Source: Candidatus Eiseniibacteriota bacterium (GTDB lineage: Bacteria > Joyebacterota > Joyebacteria > Joyebacterales > Joyebacteraceae). From it: a stretch of 43,145 nucleotides of DNA. Positions 10,201 to 16,653 of this stretch are shown here, in pieces. The position numbers and the translations under genes were made by a program. The stretch is from positions 1 through 43,145 of the forward strand of contig JBDRFG010000119.1 in NCBI GenBank assembly GCA_043819135.1, given 5' to 3'. The notes below the pieces were generated by a model. That model saw nothing but the letters and a program-made list of their open reading frames with translations. It was not told the DNA's origin and searched no databases. Each line of letters begins with the position of its first letter. Position 1 is the stretch's first letter.

Positions 10201-10469
10201 AGAGGTCTGACCTCACCATCAGGGTTTTCCTGGAAGAGGAGGCGGACATCGAGATCGAAGTATTCGACGTCTCCGGAGAGATCGTCGCGCGGTTCGAACG
10301 CGAGGGTGTGCTGACGGTCAACGAGATCGCCTGGAGCACGTCGGGCGTCGCGAGCGGCCTCTACATGGTGCGCGTCGAGGTCAGCGAGCCCGTCGACAGC
10401 TACTACGCCCAGCACGTCGGGCAGATCAGGTCCGAATCCAAGACAATGAAGGTCGCGGTCATCAGATAG
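7278..10469 (+). CDS. M6-family (immune inhibitor A-like) zinc metalloprotease with FG-GAP repeats and T9SS type A-like CTD
   Basis: Signal peptide; FHAG; zinc motif HEVGHILGLPDLY (8085-8117); Met-turn GIMDSG; AWSK.YMGW; EYFLIENR; GMLIYHIDD; about 8 DxDxDG repeats; CTD YPNP...VFDVSGEIV...ASGLYMVRV...KTMKVAVIR. Confidence 0.88.
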   Translation: MTRTRNLEFRAVTALAVVAAIALAPPAFGGDKLICRKGEPPAGAAVHGAPKIFADEVPEVGAVELAASRGRSRDGRTTVRLLALRVAFLPDSDSRSTGNGGFNLSEWDGATFDGPPHDREYFELHMTALANYYASVSYDNLAIEFDVFPAAPESAYVLQHDMGYYHDYSEAQVWYVSQVEAFTRDAFAAADTTDSIDFSQYDGYVLFHAGADWQSDINLDSPFDLPSAHIMLGEPILVNGGATEVWGAAIMPETSSQDGLAMVLNGTLAHEVGHILGLPDLYNTSNFFPAIGMWGIMDSGGSIGMNTAWGWAYGLIPASPCAWSKEYMGWLDPVVLLGDTDNVRVTATELRRPGFRLFKIPITSDEYFLIENRLDDIGHDLTVVIEQERGVVLGPVDPDCVDPICPVNHEYDFLLPGPGMLIYHIDDTRVKPGLMPWDTVNADRHRLGVAVEEADGIMDLGNIMSFYWSGSRYDPFFAENNGTFSWDTYPSTDTNMGGKTYVTVDNISDPGDVMTMDVRFDRWKDGWPTDLEEPLGSMTPRVADIDGDGDGEVIVATRSGAVYAWHHDGTSVIPTCGVSGRFAVVPGGITRSPSAADLDGDGDAEVIVASAAGSLYVWDHTDDDTDGYADLHSAGYPLALDGPASSAPVVSDFDEAEGLEIAVASAGGDLTVVDGEGVHLGSSPYSFGHLVLEDVCVAAGDLDGDGLSEIVTSTTNRGWVAALNADGSSVDGWPVVVDSWEQETAQIVIGDIDRAPDASPEVIVVGSGGAVHVWDSSGSELPGWPIDLGRRVGARPSLGDLDGDGYVEIVIPAGPSRVEGLRANGTRVENWPLVTDGGDSTRPAGASALIGDMDGDGALDVLSAGPGGSMFLYNAVSGKLTPGWPYSSDPSLGTPWAGDIDDDGQLDILIAGASGRVLLMGLPYAHEDGAMVWSTEGGSASGTGTYPDSILPGTPVATGELLSPARTYCYPNPAERSDLTIRVFLEEEADIEIEVFDVSGEIVARFEREGVLTVNEIAWSTSGVASGLYMVRVEVSEPVDSYYAQHVGQIRSESKTMKVAVIR
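8900..10040 (+). repeat. About 8 FG-GAP/DxDxDG calcium-binding repeats (probable beta-propeller) inside the M6 protease
   Basis: ADIDGDGDGEVIV, ADLDGDGDAEVIV, SDFDEAEGLEIAV, GDLDGDGLSEIV, GDIDRAPDASPEVIV, GDLDGDGYVEIV, GDMDGDGALDVL, GDIDDDGQLDIL, interleaved with GWP/NWP/GYP. Confidence 0.85.
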
Positions 10470-10477
10470 GTGCGCGC

Positions 10478-11320
10478 ATGAAGTTCCTTCCGGTCCTCGT
10501 CGTGACAATGATGCCGCTCGCGGCCGGACCCGCCGGGGCCGGTGAGACCGACGCGGGCGGGGACGCCGCGGTGGGGTGGGCCGCGGGCGCACGCGCGCGT
10601 TTTGTAGCACCGGAGCTGGTTCTCATTTCGTCGCTCGACGCGCGCGCCGAGCTGCTCGAGGCCGGAGCGGGAGGACATGAGCCGGGCGCGGATGATCACG
10701 ACCCCGCGCTCATGCTGATGGCGTCACTGGCCGTACCCGGCGCGGGACAGCTCATTCAGGGCAACACGCGCGGCTACCTGTTCCTGGCGGCGGAGGTGGC
10801 GTTCTGGGGCGGATTCTACCTGCTCGAGAGCAGGGGAATGGACGAGCGCGACGAGTATGAGACCTTCGCGGACGACCACTGGGATTTCGCGGCCTACGCC
10901 GCATGGTACGACGCGACGTGCGTCGATTGTCCGGACTGCGACGAGTATCTGTGCCGGCCGCTCGCCGACTACGGCACTCAGGAATACTACGAGGACATCG
11001 GCAAGTACGCCACATACTGGCGGTGGTGGACGATCGACGGTGACGAGACCTACATCGACTGGCGGGAATACAGCACGATCGACGAAGCGTTCCGTGACTC
11101 GTACTACGACATGCGGGGCGACAGCAATCGACACCTGAAGCAGGCCCGCTACGCCATGACGGCCGCGTTTCTCAACCACGTGGTGGCGGCGGTGGACGCA
11201 TTCCTCACTGCCAGGTCGGGAGGTTCTCAGTACTCCGACTCCGGCAGCGACCTTGGTATCGAGTTCGACGTCGCCGACGGCGGTGACGGGCTCCGCTGCG
11301 CACTCACGGTGAGGTACTGA
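10478..11320 (+). CDS. Exported hypothetical protein, DUF5683-like (paralog A)
   Basis: Signal peptide; SLAVPGAGQL..G...RG..FLAAE; CxxCxxCxxxxC; YYEDIGKY; NHVVAAVDA; terminal beta-hairpin ending ALTVRY. Confidence 0.65.
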   Translation: MKFLPVLVVTMMPLAAGPAGAGETDAGGDAAVGWAAGARARFVAPELVLISSLDARAELLEAGAGGHEPGADDHDPALMLMASLAVPGAGQLIQGNTRGYLFLAAEVAFWGGFYLLESRGMDERDEYETFADDHWDFAAYAAWYDATCVDCPDCDEYLCRPLADYGTQEYYEDIGKYATYWRWWTIDGDETYIDWREYSTIDEAFRDSYYDMRGDSNRHLKQARYAMTAAFLNHVVAAVDAFLTARSGGSQYSDSGSDLGIEFDVADGGDGLRCALTVRY

Positions 11321-12165
11321 TGAAGAACCGAACGTCAGTTGCAGTCTCCATTCTGACCCCTGCGCTTCTCCTGGCTGCCCTGGCGACGGCGGACGCGGAC
11401 ATACGGACGGAGAGCGCTCGGGGGGGCGAGTACGTGGGCGCGCGCCTTGCCGAATCGGGTCTGTCGCTGTCGGACGACACACCCGTCAGGGCCGTGGAAG
11501 CGAGACCCTCCTCAGGCTCGTCCGGCGGTGGCGGCCAGGACGCGAAGAACCCGATGGTCGCGTTTCTCCTGTCGTGCTTGATTCCTGGCTGGGGTGACGT
11601 CTACGCGGGCGAAACGACCCGGGGGCGCTGGTTCATGGCGACCGAGGCCGCGATCTGGGCAGGATACGGCACCTTCCGGATCCAGGAGGGCATGCGGAAG
11701 GACGACTACGAGGAGTACGCCCAGATCTTTGCGGGGACCGTCGCGGAGCCGAATTCCGACCACCTGAGCCACATGGGCGACTACATTCGTAGCGAGGGAG
11801 ACGACAGCTACAATCAGTTGATCCGACGCGAGGCGAGAAGTCTGTTCCCCGACGATCTCGAGGCGCAGGCGGCGTACCTCGCGGAGAACGGGTATTACGG
11901 CGATCTTGCCTGGGACTGGGGCGGAAAGGACCGATTCTACGAGTATAGGGAGCTTCGGCTCGCCGCCTCGAGGTCCGACAGAAATGCCTTCTACATGACG
12001 GGCCTGGCGCTCCTCAATCGGGCCCTCTCCGCGATCGACAGCGCGTGGATGGCCAGGCGTCACAACGCCGGTGTCCGCGGCGAGCCCGGGACGCGCTTCT
12101 CCGTGGTCCCGCAGATTTCGGACGGCGACGTAGGCGCCCGCGCGACGCTCGAAGTGTCGTTCTGA
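11320..12165 (+). CDS. Exported hypothetical protein, DUF5683-like (paralog B)
   Basis: TGATG-coupled to paralog A; signal peptide; SCLIPGWGDVYAG...RG..FMATE; WDW; NRALSAIDSA; ends ATLEVSF. Confidence 0.65.
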   Translation: MKNRTSVAVSILTPALLLAALATADADIRTESARGGEYVGARLAESGLSLSDDTPVRAVEARPSSGSSGGGGQDAKNPMVAFLLSCLIPGWGDVYAGETTRGRWFMATEAAIWAGYGTFRIQEGMRKDDYEEYAQIFAGTVAEPNSDHLSHMGDYIRSEGDDSYNQLIRREARSLFPDDLEAQAAYLAENGYYGDLAWDWGGKDRFYEYRELRLAASRSDRNAFYMTGLALLNRALSAIDSAWMARRHNAGVRGEPGTRFSVVPQISDGDVGARATLEVSF

Positions 12166-12229
12166 CGCTCGCATTCCCCTTCTGTTCAGGCTGCTCCCCG
12201 GGAACCCGGCATTCACGGAGACAATCGCC

Positions 12230-13228
12230 ATGTGGACCTACCGGAGAAGGTCTATCCACCGGCGGACGCTGACGATGTTCGGCGTCGTGGCGGCCGTGCT
12301 CGCGTTGGTCGCCGCAACCGCGGCGCGTCCGGCATTGGCCGATGACGCGGCCGTGCCGCGGCCCGTTGGCTCGTCGAGGCCGGGACGCGTCATTACGAAT
12401 CTAGTCGTGACCGGCGAGCTGCCGGGCACGAGCGAGCTGGGCATGAGAGCGCCCGAGGCGGTGGCCCTCGACCACAGGGGCAACGTGGTCATCGCGGATA
12501 CCGGCAATCACAGGGTGCTCGTCGTCGGGCCCGACGGAACGCTTGTCGACGAGTTCGGCGGTTACGGCTGGGACGAGGACCGACTGGACACTCCAGGTGA
12601 CATCTGCGTCTACCGGGGCTTCTACACCTACGTGCTCGACGAGGGCAACCGCAGGGTCACGCGGTACGACGTGGATGGCGATTACGTCGACCTCGTGGTC
12701 GCCGAGGGTGAAGCCGGCAGTCCGGTCTCGATCGCCGTCGGCCCTTCCGGCGGGCTCCTGCTGGTGGACACCGACACCCAATCGGTTCTGTCCTACTCGC
12801 AGTTCGACGAGAAGCTTGCGCCCTTTGGGCGGTTTGGACTGGACGCGGGCGGGTTGCTCGCGCCCAGTGACGTCGCCGTAGGTCCCTCGCGAGAGGTCGC
12901 CGTGGCGGACCCCCGGCGATTCTCCGTTGAGGTCTTTGACGAGTTCGGCGCCCCCCTATACTCGATATCGTCTCCCGATACGCTCGAGCCCGAGGACATC
13001 GCCTTCGACGCACGCGGGAACGTCCTCGTGATCGACGGACGGCGCAACCGCCTGCTGGCGTTTCCTGCAGGTGGAGGACCCCACACCGCATCTCTTGCGG
13101 GTGCGGGCGACTTCCGATTCACGGCCGTCGCGCCCGGCGCCGCGGGAGAGCTGGTCGTGTTGGACGGCGGCGCCGGGCGCGTTCAGCTGATCGAGATGGT
13201 CTATGGCGCCGATGCCCGTCTACGCTAG
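12230..13228 (+). CDS. Exported NHL-repeat beta-propeller protein
   Basis: Signal peptide (..RPALA/DD); repeats PEAVALDHRGNVVIADTGNHRV, P.DI....YVLDEGNRRV, PSDVAV....VAVAD, PEDIAFDARGNVLVID. Start may be 12275. Confidence 0.85.
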   Translation: MWTYRRRSIHRRTLTMFGVVAAVLALVAATAARPALADDAAVPRPVGSSRPGRVITNLVVTGELPGTSELGMRAPEAVALDHRGNVVIADTGNHRVLVVGPDGTLVDEFGGYGWDEDRLDTPGDICVYRGFYTYVLDEGNRRVTRYDVDGDYVDLVVAEGEAGSPVSIAVGPSGGLLLVDTDTQSVLSYSQFDEKLAPFGRFGLDAGGLLAPSDVAVGPSREVAVADPRRFSVEVFDEFGAPLYSISSPDTLEPEDIAFDARGNVLVIDGRRNRLLAFPAGGGPHTASLAGAGDFRFTAVAPGAAGELVVLDGGAGRVQLIEMVYGADARLR

Positions 13229-16200
13229 GGCTCGTGCCGGAGCGCGGCCGTGGTCGCGTCTGTCGGCCCATACCCCAAGTTCGCCGTCGCGGTCGCTCCG
13301 GGCAGGCTTCGCCGGCGGCGTCTGCGTGGCGCTGCTCGCGCTCCTGCTTCCGACCGTGTCCCACGCGGGTTCGATCGAACGCCGGGGAGGGTTCCGCGAG
13401 CTGTCGGTGTCCCCGGCGGACGCGCTGAACGGCGTCGTGCTGCCCGACGTGTTCGTCATCGCGGGCAGCGACAGCGTCCGCGTCGATGGCGAGCTCCTGG
13501 CTCGAGGCGCGGACTACACGATCGACTACGACACGGGCTCGGTCACGATAGAGTCGGCGATCCCCGACGGCGGCGCTGTTCTCATCACCTACCGCTACAT
13601 CCCCCTTGAACTAACGAGGTTCCACCGGCGAGCCGTGCTCGAATCCCTTGCGGCGTTGCCCGCCGGCTTCGCGGACGACGCGCTCCTGCTCGAACGTCCC
13701 GACGCCCGAGAGGACGCTCGTCCTTCGGCGCACGGGCTCTCGATAGGGGGGGCCAAGACGTTCGGCATCACCGTCGGCTCGAACCGCGACGCGAGCCTGG
13801 AGCAGTCGCTCCGGTTGAACATCTCGGGGCGAGTGACGCGCGACGTGTCGGTGGCCGCCTATCTGTCCGACCAGAACACACCTCTGGTGCCGGAGGGAGA
13901 CACGGAAGAACTCAGAGCTCTGGACAAGGTGCTGATCGAGATCGAGGGAGAGAACGTCTCCGCCACAATGGGGGATTACGCTCTCGAGATAGCGGGGGGC
14001 CCGCTGGCGGACTTCCGACGAGACGAGACCGGCGCGAAGCTGACGGCGTCGCTCGGCCGGACGAGCTTCACGCTCGCCGGGGCGCGTGCGACCGGCCAGT
14101 TCAACACGCTGACGTTCCGCGGAGTGGACGGGAAACAGGGCGCGTACCTCCTGACCGACGCGTCGGGAGGCGCGGGCGTGACGGTCGTCGCCGGCAGCGA
14201 GCGAGTGTGGATCGACGGCGTCAGGATGACTCGCGGGCGCGACAACGACTACGTGATCGATTACTCCGGGGGCGCCATCGAGTTCACGGAGCACCGTCCC
14301 GTTGTCAGCGAGAACGAGATCACGGTCGACTACGAATTCACGGCGGGCGACTACGCACGTGACACCTACGCCGGCAGGGTCTCGCTGTCGAGCACCGGCG
14401 GGGCGGCCGGGATCGGTCTTTCCTTCTTTCGCGAGTCGGACGACAGGGACGCATCGGCGTCCGCCGCGTTCTCGTCGAAGGAACTAGCCGTGCTCGCGGC
14501 CGCCGGGGACGATCCGGAGCTCGCGCACGACGACGGCGTCGACTCGGTCGGCGTGGGCAAAGGGGACTACAGCTTTGTGGCGGAGGGCGTCTTCGAGTAC
14601 GCCGGACCGGATTCGGGCGACTACGATCTGCATTTCGAAAGGGAGGACGGCGGAGACTACGTCTACGAGTATGTTGCGGGGCACTACACGTATGTGGGGT
14701 TGGGGGAGGGCGAATACGGACTCGGCCAGACGCTCCCCATGCCCACGGATCACGCGCTCGCCGTAGTTGACGGCCGGCTGGACCTTGCACGTGAGGGCTA
14801 CGTGGAGGTCTCGGGCGCCGTGTCGGACCTCGACCGGAACACGTACTCCTCGCATGACGACGACGACAACCTGGGGAACGCGCAGGTACTGTCCGCCGCG
14901 CTGCCACGCATCGGCGTCGGAGCGCTCGACGGCACCGAACTCGGATTTTCGCTGGACGCTCGCCGCGTCGCCGGTGGATTCCGGGGAGTCGGCCGGTTCC
15001 GGGAGCCGGGCTACGTCGAGCGATGGGAACTCGAGGGGCTCGCGCTCCCCGAAGGGGAAGAGCTGCTCGAGGGCACGTCTTCACTCCTTCTCGGCGGGGG
15101 TGGGCGGGTCGAACTCTCTCACGCCTACCTTACGCGGGGCGACGCGCTCACGTCGAGCAGGACCGAGTTCTCCGCCGACGGCCGGCCCACCGAGGGTGGA
15201 AGAATGTGGAGTTCGGGCCGGTTTGTCGAGTCGCGGTGGGTAGGCGCCGCCGAGGAGGTCCGGAGAGAGCGCACGCTCTATCGGGGAGGCTTCGAGCAAG
15301 AGATCGGTCCCGTGCGCCCGGGCGTCTCGTACGCCCATGACGAGCGCGGCGAGGGCGACAGGGGCGAGCGTTACGACGAGTACGGCGCGTCGGTGGAGAG
15401 CGCGAGGCCGGGGGCGATCTCCTTCGGCGTCTCGTACGCCCGGCGTCTGACGGACCGGACCAACGGTTCGAAATGGAAGCAGGCGTCGACGACTCAGACT
15501 CAGGAGTACCGGCTGGGGACGACCGCGTGGGACAAGCTCCGGCTCGCGGGCAGCGTCGTGCGCCGTCGGGTGGACTTCGAGGAGGGGTTCGAGGACCCCG
15601 CCTCGAGATACGATCTCGCGAGCGTCACGCTCGATCACACGTCGCTCGGCGGTGGCCTGACGGGACAGGTCCGATACTCCGTGACGGCGACCGAGGTGGA
15701 GGAGAAGCAGAAGCTTGTCACCGAGGAGGACGGCGTCGAGATCGTCCGGATCGTCAGGACCGGCGACTACAGACCAGTGACCGACCTCTCGGCCAGCACG
15801 AGATGGAAGTTCAGGCCGGGCACGCGCGGCCGCGGCGGGCGCTCGATGCCCGAGCCGACCGCGTTGGGCCGGTTCCTCTCGACGCTGACCGTGACGAGCG
15901 ACCTCAAGCTGCGCGAGATGACCACGACCGACGAAAAGCGCGGCCTGTACCTGCTCGACCCGTCTGTCATCATGGGCATGGACACGGTCCGGGGCGAGAT
16001 AACCGGTCGGCACGTGGCGCGCTACCTCTCCTCTGGCAGCTCGCTCTCCCTGAGACTGGCGCTCAATACGAAGGACGTTCTCGACAGGAGCTATTCGAAC
16101 GAGAGCACGAGACGGAAGGAGCGCTCCGGCACCGCCGACGTCAAGCTGACTCGCGCGGGCGGCGTGACCTACCGGCTGCAGGGAGACGCCGGAACGCGTG

Positions 16201-16628
16201 AGGAAGACGCCGCGGCCGGCGACAGCTACGAGATAGACGAGCGCTCCCTTCTGGCCGAGGTGGACTTCAGAAAGCTCGGCGACCTGGAGGCCAGGCTGAC
16301 GGCCTCGGTCGGGCGGCAGGACGCGGCGCTCTCGGGTGTGGGGGTCACCGTGTTCAAGGTCACGCCGACCCTGACGTTCAGGCTCGCTGGACGGGGGGCC
16401 CTTTCTGCATCGGTGACGCGCATCGAGGTCGAAGCCTCCGGCGGTACGCTGGACGGGCGCCCGTATCTGGCGGAGGGAAGGCGCGCCGGACAGAGTGCCG
16501 AGTGGCGCCTCGCCGGCGACTACAGGTTCAACCAGTTTCTCACCGGCTCGCTGTCCTATTTCGGAGAGGCTAGGCCCGGCGGAGATCCGCTCCACACGTT
16601 GGACTTCCGGGTCAACGCGTTCTTCTAG
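13203..16628 (+). CDS. Very large outer-membrane beta-barrel protein with two SprA-like 'GSExVxxDG..RG.DY.IDY..G' modules
   Basis: Signal peptide (..PTVSHA/GS); GAKTFGITVGSNRD.SLEQSLRLNISG, LSDQNTPLVPEGDTEEL..LDKVLIEI; long amphipathic beta-strand pattern; ends VNAFF. Start uncertain (13203 or 13212). Confidence 0.75.
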   Translation: MAPMPVYARARAGARPWSRLSAHTPSSPSRSLRAGFAGGVCVALLALLLPTVSHAGSIERRGGFRELSVSPADALNGVVLPDVFVIAGSDSVRVDGELLARGADYTIDYDTGSVTIESAIPDGGAVLITYRYIPLELTRFHRRAVLESLAALPAGFADDALLLERPDAREDARPSAHGLSIGGAKTFGITVGSNRDASLEQSLRLNISGRVTRDVSVAAYLSDQNTPLVPEGDTEELRALDKVLIEIEGENVSATMGDYALEIAGGPLADFRRDETGAKLTASLGRTSFTLAGARATGQFNTLTFRGVDGKQGAYLLTDASGGAGVTVVAGSERVWIDGVRMTRGRDNDYVIDYSGGAIEFTEHRPVVSENEITVDYEFTAGDYARDTYAGRVSLSSTGGAAGIGLSFFRESDDRDASASAAFSSKELAVLAAAGDDPELAHDDGVDSVGVGKGDYSFVAEGVFEYAGPDSGDYDLHFEREDGGDYVYEYVAGHYTYVGLGEGEYGLGQTLPMPTDHALAVVDGRLDLAREGYVEVSGAVSDLDRNTYSSHDDDDNLGNAQVLSAALPRIGVGALDGTELGFSLDARRVAGGFRGVGRFREPGYVERWELEGLALPEGEELLEGTSSLLLGGGGRVELSHAYLTRGDALTSSRTEFSADGRPTEGGRMWSSGRFVESRWVGAAEEVRRERTLYRGGFEQEIGPVRPGVSYAHDERGEGDRGERYDEYGASVESARPGAISFGVSYARRLTDRTNGSKWKQASTTQTQEYRLGTTAWDKLRLAGSVVRRRVDFEEGFEDPASRYDLASVTLDHTSLGGGLTGQVRYSVTATEVEEKQKLVTEEDGVEIVRIVRTGDYRPVTDLSASTRWKFRPGTRGRGGRSMPEPTALGRFLSTLTVTSDLKLREMTTTDEKRGLYLLDPSVIMGMDTVRGEITGRHVARYLSSGSSLSLRLALNTKDVLDRSYSNESTRRKERSGTADVKLTRAGGVTYRLQGDAGTREEDAAAGDSYEIDERSLLAEVDFRKLGDLEARLTASVGRQDAALSGVGVTVFKVTPTLTFRLAGRGALSASVTRIEVEASGGTLDGRPYLAEGRRAGQSAEWRLAGDYRFNQFLTGSLSYFGEARPGGDPLHTLDFRVNAFF

Positions 16629-16653
16629 AACGGAGACACGACGCACGTTGAAG

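Noticed and set aside
12230..12290. Tat signal in the NHL protein (HRRTLT)
   Set aside because: Poor match to S/T-R-R-x-F-L-K, and Arg pairs are common in this genome's signal peptides.
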